This document shows, piece after piece, positions 37,613-46,372 of a stretch of 64,000 nucleotides of DNA. The DNA is from a bacterium. GTDB lineage: Bacteria; Patescibacteriota; Minisyncoccia; Phycocordibacterales; CALRBL01. A program made the position numbers and the translations under genes. Numbering within the stretch: the stretch's first letter is position 1; every line of letters starts with the position of its first letter. Location: assembly GCA_027487075.1 (NCBI GenBank), contig JAIYEG010000006.1, forward strand, positions 4,468 through 68,467, given 5' to 3'. The notes under the pieces were generated by a model. The model made no database searches and was not told where the DNA came from. It saw nothing but the letters and a program-made list of their open reading frames with translations.

Positions 37613-39160
37613 ATGGAACAACTTATTTCACTCTGTAAGCGACGCGGGTTTATTTACCAAGGTTCTGAAATCTATGGCGGTCTTGCGGGTACCTGGGATT
37701 ACGGGCCGCTCGGCGTCGCGCTCAAGAAGAATATCGAGAACTTGTGGTGGAAGCGCTTCGTGCTCGACCGTGAGGATATGTATGGTGTCGACGCAGCGCT
37801 TCTTATGAATCAGGAAGTCTGGAAATCTTCAGGTCATGTTGCGGGTTTTTCTGACCCTCTTGTTGAATGTAAGGTTTGTAATAAAAGATATAGAGTTGAT
37901 AATATCGTTGACCAAGAAAAATACTCAGAATATCTTAATTTGTTATTTAAACTTAACAGAGAAAAACTTGATCAAGGCGATCATGCTCGTATCATTGATA
38001 AGAATATTAAAGAAATTGAAAATGAATTTAAAAAAGTTTTTGTTAAGAAAAGAATCGCTGAATTAAATCTCGATTTGCAATCAATGATATTAAATGAGGT
38101 TCTTGAAGCAAGAAAGTATATTGGTACATGGGCACAATACTTTTTAAATAATTCAGTTAAATGTCAGTCTTGTGGTGAGCAAAAGTGGGGAATGCCAAGA
38201 CAATTTAATATGATGTTTAAAACAAATGTTGGTATTACAGAAGATGAAAAATCTATTTCATATCTTCGTCCTGAAACTGCACAGGGAATGTTTGTGAACT
38301 TCAAAAACATTCTTGATTCATTTCATCCAAAATTGCCGTTTGGTATGGCGCAGATTGGTAAAGCATTCCGCAACGAAATCGCACCTCGTGATTTTATTTT
38401 CCGCGTGCGTGAGCTTGAGCAGATGGAAATCGAGTATTTCGTGAAGCCTGAGACATGGGAAGAGCACTTCGAGCTGTTCCGCAAAGACATGTGGAGCTTC
38501 GTGAGCGATATTGGTCTTCCTGAAGCAAAAGTGCACGAGCTCGAAGTTGCTCCTGAAGATCGTGCGCACTACTCTAAGCGTACGATTGATTTTGAATTTG
38601 ATTTTCCGTTTGGAAAGAAAGAATTGTATGGCCTTGCATACCGTACTGACTACGATTTGAAGCAACATAGTGAAGGTTCAAAAGTTGATTTGTCATATTT
38701 CGATGAAGAGACCAAGTCTCGTTTTATTCCTCACTGCATTGAGCCATCATTTGGTATCGGCCGCACATTGCTTGCCGTGCTTTCGTCTGCATACACTGAA
38801 GACGAGCTTGGAGGAGAGAAGCGTACATATTTGAAGTTGTCTCCGAAGGTGGCTCCGTTCGTTGCTGCGGTCTTTCCACTTTTGAAGAATAAGCCAGAGC
38901 TTGTGGTTAAAGCGCGAGAAGTATTCGATGTGCTCCGCAAGAACCCAGCATTTTCAGGACGTATTGCATTCGATGATAACGGCAACATCGGTAAGCGCTA
39001 CCGACGTCAGGATGAAATTGGTACGCCGTTTTGTATTACCATCGACTTCGACACGCTCGGTGAGAATCCAGAACACAAAGATACTGTGACGTTGCGCTAT
39101 CGCGATACCGGAGAGCAGGTGAGAGTGGCGATTGCAGAGCTTGCTGCGAAACTCGTCTAA
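37613..39160 (+). CDS. glyQS: Glycine--tRNA ligase (alpha2 type) with an AT-rich insertion
   Basis: IYGG..GTWDYGPLG, YLRPETAQG, FRNEIAPR..FRVRE, IGKRYRRQDEIGTP. Confidence 0.95.
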   Translation: MEQLISLCKRRGFIYQGSEIYGGLAGTWDYGPLGVALKKNIENLWWKRFVLDREDMYGVDAALLMNQEVWKSSGHVAGFSDPLVECKVCNKRYRVDNIVDQEKYSEYLNLLFKLNREKLDQGDHARIIDKNIKEIENEFKKVFVKKRIAELNLDLQSMILNEVLEARKYIGTWAQYFLNNSVKCQSCGEQKWGMPRQFNMMFKTNVGITEDEKSISYLRPETAQGMFVNFKNILDSFHPKLPFGMAQIGKAFRNEIAPRDFIFRVRELEQMEIEYFVKPETWEEHFELFRKDMWSFVSDIGLPEAKVHELEVAPEDRAHYSKRTIDFEFDFPFGKKELYGLAYRTDYDLKQHSEGSKVDLSYFDEETKSRFIPHCIEPSFGIGRTLLAVLSSAYTEDELGGEKRTYLKLSPKVAPFVAAVFPLLKNKPELVVKAREVFDVLRKNPAFSGRIAFDDNGNIGKRYRRQDEIGTPFCITIDFDTLGENPEHKDTVTLRYRDTGEQVRVAIAELAAKLV

Positions 39161-39217
39161 CTAGATAAGGAAAACACCCCGGAGGTCCGGGGTGTTTTGG
39201 TGAGAGAATGATTTTGG

Positions 39218-39604
39218 TCAGGCGAGAATTCGCGCGAGAAGCTCAATAAGCTCCTTTGGGTGCGATTTTCCACTCACTTGGTGAGTGCAGCCAGCCTCGA
39301 TCTGCCGAGTGCGGAATTCCTGAAGAGCGCTGTTCGCGATCATGTGGCCACTGTAGACCTTCTTGAAGGCTTGGATGAATCCATGGAAGGTGCTCATGCT
39401 ACTCCTCCCATGCATCATGCTTCCGTCCCACACGATTGCGGAAAATGCATCCGCTTGCTCAAGGAGACGAAGGAATTGAGGTTCCTGTGGATCGATGATT
39501 TCTCGGCAAAAGTGGACTTCAAACCCAGCTTGCCCGAGGGCTTGTTGGTATGCGTTTATCCAGTTCAAGTCGTCTTCGAAGATGAGGATTTTCTTGTTGT
39601 TCAT
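39218..39604 (-). CDS. Stand-alone receiver (response regulator-like) domain
   Basis: ILIFEDD acidic pocket, IVWD acceptor, ANS, K. Confidence 0.65.
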   Translation of the reverse strand: MNNKKILIFEDDLNWINAYQQALGQAGFEVHFCREIIDPQEPQFLRLLEQADAFSAIVWDGSMMHGRSSMSTFHGFIQAFKKVYSGHMIANSALQEFRTRQIEAGCTHQVSGKSHPKELIELLARILA

Positions 39605-39710
39605 GGTGCTACGTGTTCAGTTGGTGAAGGTTGGTGTTGTAGAAACGTTTCCAAAAACCTATCACTTACAGACAGTGGCGTCAAAGCCGGGAAGATAGTA
39701 TAAATACCCC

Positions 39711-41000
39711 ATGCCAACTCCTATTCGCACTACACTTTCAAACGGTCTTCGTATCTGTCTCGTGCCACTTAAGGACGCTTCGACAGCGATGGTGATGATT
39801 CTTGCCGAGACTGGCTCAGAATACGAGACCAAAGAGCAGAACGGCATCTCGCATTTTCTCGAGCACATGTGCTTCAAGGGAACGACCAGGCGACCAACTT
39901 CTAAGATCATCAATGAAGAGCTTGATGGGCTTGGTGCTGCATCAAATGCCTTCACGGGTAGTAGCTACACCGGCTTTTATGCTAAAGCGCATGCTGACAA
40001 GACAGAGCAGATGCTCGATATCGTCTCTGATATCTATCTGAATTCAACATTTCCTCAAGAAGAAATTGAGAAAGAGAAGGGGGTAGTGATCGAAGAAATC
40101 AATATGTATGAAGACCGCCCACAAAGTAAAGTGTGGGATGTGCTTGGTGAAGCAGTGTTTGGTGACCAGCCGGCAGGACGCACCATCATCGGTACCAAAG
40201 AAACGGTGAGTTCATTCACGCGCGAAGATTTGGTGAACTATCATGCATCGCACTATGTTCCTGAAGCGACGATTGTGGTGGTTGCAGGAAAGATTGATGA
40301 AGCAAAAGTGATTACGCAAATCAAGAACATGTTTGGCGGTATCAAAGCGTTGCCTAAAGCGATGCGACCACACGTGATCGACGAACAGTCTGCTCCAAAA
40401 GTGGCAATCCTCCACAAAAAGAGCGATCAAACACACATCGCTTTTGCATTTCGTACGGGTATTCATCGCTACGATGTTGGACGCGCGTATCCTGCGGGTA
40501 TGCTCGGTGCGGTGCTCGGTTCCGGAATGGGTTCACGTTTATTCCACAAGATTCGCGAGGAGCTTGGTCTGGCATACTACATTCATGCATCGCACTCAGC
40601 AGACATCGATTATGGAACATTTACTATCAGCATGGGAGTTTCAAATGCAAAAGTGGTACCTGCACTCAAAGCAGTGTTCGAAGAATTGCGAAAGATTAAA
40701 GACGAGTTTGTGCCAGAGGCTGAACTTCGCAAAGTGAAAGATATGCGCAAAGGTCACTTCTACCTCGGCCTTGAAACCTCAAATGACTGGGCGGACTACT
40801 ATGGATTTCAAGAAATCTATCACGACAAGATCGAATCTCCTGAAGAGGTGATTGCAAAGCGTGAAGCGGTGACGGCAGAGCAGATGCGAGAGATTGCACG
40901 AGCGGTGTTCAAGCCTGAGCTTCTTACGATTGCCATGGTGGGGCCTGTTAAAGATGAAAAAGTAGTTTACGAGGCAATCGAATCATTGCGTAGCATTTGA
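39711..41000 (+). CDS. M16 (pitrilysin) family zinc peptidase
   Basis: GISHFLEHMCFKGT (HxxEH), NAFT, SRLF..IRE..GLAY. Confidence 0.93.
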   Translation: MPTPIRTTLSNGLRICLVPLKDASTAMVMILAETGSEYETKEQNGISHFLEHMCFKGTTRRPTSKIINEELDGLGAASNAFTGSSYTGFYAKAHADKTEQMLDIVSDIYLNSTFPQEEIEKEKGVVIEEINMYEDRPQSKVWDVLGEAVFGDQPAGRTIIGTKETVSSFTREDLVNYHASHYVPEATIVVVAGKIDEAKVITQIKNMFGGIKALPKAMRPHVIDEQSAPKVAILHKKSDQTHIAFAFRTGIHRYDVGRAYPAGMLGAVLGSGMGSRLFHKIREELGLAYYIHASHSADIDYGTFTISMGVSNAKVVPALKAVFEELRKIKDEFVPEAELRKVKDMRKGHFYLGLETSNDWADYYGFQEIYHDKIESPEEVIAKREAVTAEQMREIARAVFKPELLTIAMVGPVKDEKVVYEAIESLRSI

Positions 41001-41070
41001 CGCAAATGTATAAAATGGTTTAATCAGTGAGAACGTTATCTCATGTCGAGATCGCGCGCTCCTCACTCAA

Positions 41071-41607
41071 ATGAAACCATATCTCTTCAGACTCCTTCAG
41101 CTTCTTCTCGTGTTCGGCTTAGTGTGGGCCCATGCTCGCGCGTGTGCGTACCTGCTCAATCCAGTGCAACCGTTTGAAAGGACGATTGCGCTGCAGCACC
41201 CTTCGCACTCAACACGCGTCATCAGTGATGGCGAGGCAGATGGGCTCGAACGCACATCAGTCTTTGTTACCATGAACGACGTGCGCAGGGTAAGCCCTCA
41301 AACTCTTGTTGAGGTGTTGGTACATCCCAACGGAACCGCGTACTACCATTATTGGATGAGCGGAATCTCCTTTGTGGGAAAAGATTCCTTTCGTCCCGCC
41401 ATGATGGAGGGAATTCCTGATACGGCGGGGGTTGATAGGATCTATGTCGACGATCTGGGTCGGCTTCAGATTACGTACGCAAAGGCGTGGGGGGACAGCA
41501 TTCTCCTGCTGTCGCTTTATACGTGCATCACCGTGGGGATGATCTTCGCCGTGTTGGTGCTGCCGGTGAACAGCAAATTCCAGAGGCCTCGTATGGCTTC
41601 TGCGTAA
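41071..41607 (+). CDS. Hypothetical membrane protein
   Basis: N- and C-terminal hydrophobic helices; own promoter and terminator. Confidence 0.6.
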   Translation: MKPYLFRLLQLLLVFGLVWAHARACAYLLNPVQPFERTIALQHPSHSTRVISDGEADGLERTSVFVTMNDVRRVSPQTLVEVLVHPNGTAYYHYWMSGISFVGKDSFRPAMMEGIPDTAGVDRIYVDDLGRLQITYAKAWGDSILLLSLYTCITVGMIFAVLVLPVNSKFQRPRMASA

Positions 41608-41694
41608 ATCGTTCCCGAACCTCAAGAGTAAGAGCCGCACCGAATCAAGTAGGTGCGGCTTTTTTTATATACAGCTTGGTGGTAGTATCGACGT

Positions 41695-43137
41695 ATGAGT
41701 CATGCCGCGCCTTTCTACGTCACTACCCCCATTTTTTACCCCAACGCTGAGCTCCACCTCGGTCATGCCTATGCCGTGACAGTCTGCGATATCTTGGCGC
41801 GCTACCACCGCCTTCAGGGTGACCCTACGTACTTTCTGACCGGTGCCGACGAAAACACCTCGAAGGTGATCAAGGCTGCCAACGAGCTCAACAAAGAACC
41901 ACGCCAACATCTTGATGATATTGTATCGAGTTTCAAAGCATTGTTTGCAGAGCTTGAGTCATCTCATGATCAGTTTATTCGTACCTCAGATGAAAAAGTT
42001 CACTGGCCGGGTGCGGTAAAGTTGTGGAATAAGCTCGTAGAGAAAGGGGATATCGAGAAGCGATCATACAAAGGTCTCTATTGCCCTTCATGTGAAGCGT
42101 TTTATACCGAAAAAGATTTGGTTGAGGGAAAGTGTCCTCAGCACTACATCGAGCTCGAAACGATCGAAGAAGAAAATTATTTCTTTCTGTTGTCTCGCTA
42201 TACACAAGCGATTAAAGAAAAAATTGAGAGTGGCGAACTCAATATCATTCCTCAGACACGAAAAAATGAAATTCTCTCAGTGCTCAAGGATGGGTTGCAA
42301 GATGTGAGCTTTTCTCGACCTCGTACTAAGGTGCCATGGGGAATTCCGGTCCCGGGGGATAATGCGCAGGTGATGTATGTATGGTGCGACGCACTTTCAA
42401 ACTACATTTCTGCACTTGGATACGGCTCAGATGATGAGAGTTTGTATGAGAAGTTCTGGCCTGCGAATGTGCATGTGGTAGGTAAGGATATTTTGCGTTT
42501 CCATGCGGCGATTTGGCCCGGTATGCTGCTTTCTGCGGGTCTTCCACTTCCACAAAATATTTTGGTGACAGGTCTTATTCAGTCGGGAGGGAAGAAGATG
42601 TCAAAGTCGCTGGGGAATGTTATTTCTCCGAAAGAGCTTATTGACGAATATGGTGTAGAGGCGCTTCGCGCATACTTTGCAAAAGAAATTTCGCTCTTCG
42701 AAGATGGAGAGCTCAATCGGGAGAGTTTTAAGGCGTCATTCAACGCTGATCTTGCAAATGGTATTGGGAACCTCACGTCACGTGTCATGAAAATGGCAGA
42801 ATCAAATCTTGATGCGCCTGTGGTGATCCCCGAAGAGAATAAGGTATGGTCAGAAGAGTACAAGAAAGCCTTCGAAGAATTCAATATTAAGAAAGCAATC
42901 GACGTGGTGTTTGAATCGATAAAGACAATCGATACTGCAATCCAGGATACTCAGCCATTCAAGGTGGTGAAGACTGATCCAGAGAAGGGGAAAGCACTCA
43001 TTGCTGATTTGGTAATCCGCCTTTACGGTGTTGCGCAGCACCTCGCGCCATTCATGCCAGAAACTTCACGAAAGATTCAAGAGGCAATTGCTTCAAACAA
43101 AATGCCAAGCGAGTCACTCTTCATGCGCAAGGATTAA
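41695..43137 (+). CDS. metG: Methionine--tRNA ligase (short, no C-terminal OB domain)
   Basis: FYVTTPIFYPN..HLGH, GKDILRFH, KMSKS. Confidence 0.96.
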   Translation: MSHAAPFYVTTPIFYPNAELHLGHAYAVTVCDILARYHRLQGDPTYFLTGADENTSKVIKAANELNKEPRQHLDDIVSSFKALFAELESSHDQFIRTSDEKVHWPGAVKLWNKLVEKGDIEKRSYKGLYCPSCEAFYTEKDLVEGKCPQHYIELETIEEENYFFLLSRYTQAIKEKIESGELNIIPQTRKNEILSVLKDGLQDVSFSRPRTKVPWGIPVPGDNAQVMYVWCDALSNYISALGYGSDDESLYEKFWPANVHVVGKDILRFHAAIWPGMLLSAGLPLPQNILVTGLIQSGGKKMSKSLGNVISPKELIDEYGVEALRAYFAKEISLFEDGELNRESFKASFNADLANGIGNLTSRVMKMAESNLDAPVVIPEENKVWSEEYKKAFEEFNIKKAIDVVFESIKTIDTAIQDTQPFKVVKTDPEKGKALIADLVIRLYGVAQHLAPFMPETSRKIQEAIASNKMPSESLFMRKD

Positions 43138-43143
43138 CTATTC

Positions 43144-43935
43144 ATGAGTGATATTACTTACATCGACATCCACTCGCATCTCAACTTTCCGGAGTATGAC
43201 GCTGATCGTGAGCAGGTCATTGCGCGCATGAAAGAAAAAGGTGTGGCCACCATTACGGTCGGAACTTCACTCGCAACCTCGCAGAGTGCGGTCGGGCTCG
43301 CCGAACAGCACGATAATATTTTTGCCTGCATCGGTATTCATCCGATTGATGAAGAATTTCCTGAGTTTAATGAAGAAGAATTTGCGAAGTTGGTCGTGAG
43401 CCCAAAGGTGGTAGCAGTCGGTGAGTGTGGGCTCGACTACGGAAGAGAAGGAGTGATCGATGAAGATAAGAAAGCGGTGCAGATGGCATTGTTTGATCAG
43501 CAGATTGAGTTTGCAGTGAAGCACAACAAGGCAATTATGATCCACGCCCGCAATGCGAATCAGGACATCATCGCGCTTCTTGCAGAAAAGAAAAACGTGC
43601 ATGGTGAACGACTTCGGGGGAATGTCCACTTCTTCACGGGAACTATTGAGGAGGCACGGCAATTTGCTGAGCTCGATTTCAGTGTGTCGTTTACGGGGGT
43701 GATCACTTTTGCACGAGAATATGCCACAACCATCAAAGAACTCCCACTTTCTGACTTTATGTCTGAGACAGACGCACCCTTTGTGAGTCCGATTCCATAC
43801 CGTGGTACCCGAAATGAGCCAACCTATGTGATCGAGGTGGTCAAAAAAATGGCTGAAATTAAGGGGTTAGACGAGGGAGACGTAGCTCAAGAAATACTCA
43901 AGAACGCTGTTGCAAAGTTCAATCTCGTGTGGTAA
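43144..43935 (+). CDS. tatD: TatD family nuclease
   Basis: DIHSH, GIHP, GECGLDY, ETDAP. Confidence 0.93.
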   Translation: MSDITYIDIHSHLNFPEYDADREQVIARMKEKGVATITVGTSLATSQSAVGLAEQHDNIFACIGIHPIDEEFPEFNEEEFAKLVVSPKVVAVGECGLDYGREGVIDEDKKAVQMALFDQQIEFAVKHNKAIMIHARNANQDIIALLAEKKNVHGERLRGNVHFFTGTIEEARQFAELDFSVSFTGVITFAREYATTIKELPLSDFMSETDAPFVSPIPYRGTRNEPTYVIEVVKKMAEIKGLDEGDVAQEILKNAVAKFNLVW

Positions 43936-43948
43936 GTTAGCGTAACTT

Positions 43949-44365
43949 ATGCAAGAAATAAACATTTACGAAGCTGGCTACCACATCGTGCCTACCTTGG
44001 CAGAGGATCTTATTCCTGCTGAAGTAGAGAAGGTGAAAGCCTTTATCACCGACCTTGGTGGCGAGATTATCTCTGAAGGAGCACCTGAGCTTAAGACGCT
44101 TGCATACCCTATCTCAAAGACGGTGAAGTCTATCAAGAGCACCTACGGCAAGGCATACTTTACCTGGGTTAAGTTCAGCCTTTCACCAGAGTCAGTCGAG
44201 AAGGTAAAAGCAATGTTTGATGCCTCAGAAACCACTCTTCGCTACCTCATCATCTCAACAGTAAAGGAGAGCACACTCATGGCAGACCGCGTTACCAAGC
44301 GACCTAAGACAGAAGCCGGAGCCGAGGAAGCTACCGAAGAAGCTCCTGCGGACTCTGACAAATAA
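43949..44365 (+). CDS. rpsF: 30S ribosomal protein S6
   Basis: YE, LAYPI, LRY; rpsF-ssb-rpsR order. Confidence 0.9.
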   Translation: MQEINIYEAGYHIVPTLAEDLIPAEVEKVKAFITDLGGEIISEGAPELKTLAYPISKTVKSIKSTYGKAYFTWVKFSLSPESVEKVKAMFDASETTLRYLIISTVKESTLMADRVTKRPKTEAGAEEATEEAPADSDK

Positions 44366-44380
44366 CCTCATCATCACCTC

Positions 44381-44848
44381 ATGTACCTTAACAAAGCACT
44401 CATCATAGGAAACCTCACTCGAGACCCAGAGATCAAAGCTCTCCCGTCAGGAATGCAGGTGACCAGCTTTTCTGTTGCTACTAATCGTGTCTGGAAAGAC
44501 AAGTCAGGAGCACGTCAGGAAAGCTCTGATTACCACAACATCGTGGTCTTTGGACGTCAGGCTGAGACGTCAGCTCAATATCTTAAGAAGGGTGCTTCAG
44601 TGCTCATTGAAGGCCGTATCCAGACTCGTTCATGGGACGGACAGGATGGCAAAAAGCAGTACCGCACCGAAATCGTAGCCGACAACGTACAATTCGGTCC
44701 TCGAGCAGGGGGTATGAGTGGAGGCGCTGTGTCCGAGGCCTCTGCTTCGGCTTCTGCAGTTCCTGGTGCACGCAAGGCTCCTATGCAAGAGGATGAGGGT
44801 ATAGCATACCCCGATGAGGAAATTAACCCCGAAGACATCCCATTTTAG
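44381..44848 (+). CDS. ssb: Single-stranded DNA-binding protein
   Basis: LNKALIIGNLTRDPE; C-terminal EDIPF. Confidence 0.97.
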   Translation: MYLNKALIIGNLTRDPEIKALPSGMQVTSFSVATNRVWKDKSGARQESSDYHNIVVFGRQAETSAQYLKKGASVLIEGRIQTRSWDGQDGKKQYRTEIVADNVQFGPRAGGMSGGAVSEASASASAVPGARKAPMQEDEGIAYPDEEINPEDIPF

Positions 44849-44905
44849 GTCTCACATTTGCAATTTTACTGAAATACGATATAAATACCCCTACACACAA
44901 ATTAT

Positions 44906-45106
44906 ATGAAAAAATGCTACTTCTCACAGAATAATATCAAGCATGTAGATTACAAGGATACGGACTTGCTCAAAAAGTTCCTTAATCCTCATGCTCGTCT
45001 TCTTTCAAGCAAGAAGACTGGTGTGAATGCTAAGCACCAGCGCAAGCTTGCTAACGCTGTAAAGCGCGCTCGCTTCATGGCTCTCATTCCGTATATTAGT
45101 CGATAA
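44906..45106 (+). CDS. rpsR: 30S ribosomal protein S18
   Basis: VDYKD..LLKKF, HQRKLANAVKRARFMALIPY. Confidence 0.96.
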   Translation: MKKCYFSQNNIKHVDYKDTDLLKKFLNPHARLLSSKKTGVNAKHQRKLANAVKRARFMALIPYISR

Positions 45107-45215
45107 ACTAAACAAAATACCCCGAAAGAAACATTGCGCAGCCTTGCGGCGAGCATAGGAATTTTTCAGAAGAAAAATATCCGTGTTTCTGAAGGGGTAT
45201 TTTGTTTATTTATCG
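45101..45215 (+). repeat. Structured intergenic repeat family I, copy D
   Basis: GCC-TTGC-GGC GAGCATAGGA ATTTTTC-AGAA-GAAAAAT ATCCGTG; arms AAACAAAATACCCC/GGGGTATTTTGTTT. Confidence 0.85.
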
Positions 45216-45222
45216 CTGACGT

Positions 45223-45786
45223 TTAGTTTACGCGTTCTACGTATTCGCCAGTTTCGGTATTGATACGCACTATGTCACCTTCTTTGATAAACATTGGAGT
45301 GGTGACTGTTGCACCAGTTTCGAGGGTGATGAGCTTGTTACCACCTTTTGCGGTATCTCCGCGTACGGCGTCAGGAGCCTCAGTAACCTTGAGTTCAACC
45401 TTGATAGGGAGCTTCACACCGAAAATTTTATCCTCGAAGAGAAGGGCGTCAACGATTGAGTTAGTCTTGATGAACTTGATAGCCACACCAAGCACTGACT
45501 CGTCGAGCTTGAAGCGATTTGAAGGATCTTTTTCGTCACAGAACCAGTACTCACCTTTGTTGAGATAGAGATACTTTACTTTTTTGGTGGTGATTTCGGC
45601 TTCTTCAGCCTTATCTGATACATGGAAAGAGTGTTCGACGATGCGGCCCGAGATGAGATTGCGAAGCTTGGTAGCATTTACCGGCTTTCGCTGTTGCTTG
45701 CGGAATACGTGTGATGCAAGTACTTCATAAGGCTCGTTTTCGAAGATAATATATTTTCGTAGGGTAATTTCATTGTATTCAAGCAT
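45223..45786 (-). CDS. efp: Elongation factor P
   Basis: KLRNLISG, GDTA, LETG, PMFIKEGD, GEYVER. Confidence 0.95.
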   Translation of the reverse strand: MLEYNEITLRKYIIFENEPYEVLASHVFRKQQRKPVNATKLRNLISGRIVEHSFHVSDKAEEAEITTKKVKYLYLNKGEYWFCDEKDPSNRFKLDESVLGVAIKFIKTNSIVDALLFEDKIFGVKLPIKVELKVTEAPDAVRGDTAKGGNKLITLETGATVTTPMFIKEGDIVRINTETGEYVERVN

Positions 45787-45817
45787 AGTAAGGTGATACT
45801 ATCGCATAATTAACGAA

Positions 45818-46372
45818 ATGAAAAGATATCTCTTACTAGTGCCATTCCTCGCCGTTCAAGGACCGCTCACCACGGTCTATGCTGCGTTTAAGGCTTCTCC
45901 TGCGGGTGGGGTAAAGTATGGGCTACTGACACTCTTTATCCTTGCTGTGCTTGTAGATCTGCTTACTGACGTTGGAGCGTTTCTTATAGGAAAGTACGGT
46001 AAAGAGCGTATTGTGGGACGTTATCCAAAGCGTTTCTCGATTTCCCCCGAGCGTTTCCGTGTTCTTGAGGAGTATTTTAAGGTTGAGGGTACCAAGACAC
46101 TTGCTCTTGCGAAGGTGAGTCATGGTTTGGGATGGCCGGTGATGATTGTGGCGGGAAGTGCAGGGGTGACGTATGCGAGGTTTGTTACCATTAATGTGAT
46201 CACAAGTATGGTGAAGTCAGCTGCACTTATGTGGCTTGGGTACTATTATGGCCGTCACTACAAACAAATTGTTCACGCTCTTTCAGGTATCGCACTCATT
46301 TTCACAAGTTTGCTCGTGATTGTGGTCGCGTATTTTATGTTGAGTCGACAGCGAAGAAAGAAGAGGGGGTAG
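45818..46372 (+). CDS. DedA/VTT family membrane protein
   Basis: D...FLIGKYG, AG..GVTYARF, LGYYYG. Confidence 0.8.
   Translation: MKRYLLLVPFLAVQGPLTTVYAAFKASPAGGVKYGLLTLFILAVLVDLLTDVGAFLIGKYGKERIVGRYPKRFSISPERFRVLEEYFKVEGTKTLALAKVSHGLGWPVMIVAGSAGVTYARFVTINVITSMVKSAALMWLGYYYGRHYKQIVHALSGIALIFTSLLVIVVAYFMLSRQRRKKRG

Noticed and set aside
37860-38170. Intein in GlyRS or IleRS
   Set aside because: No intein splice-junction motifs (N-terminal Cys block, C-terminal HN) bound the inserts
3615-45215. CRISPR array
   Set aside because: Repeats are dispersed single copies with no spacers, and no cas genes are present
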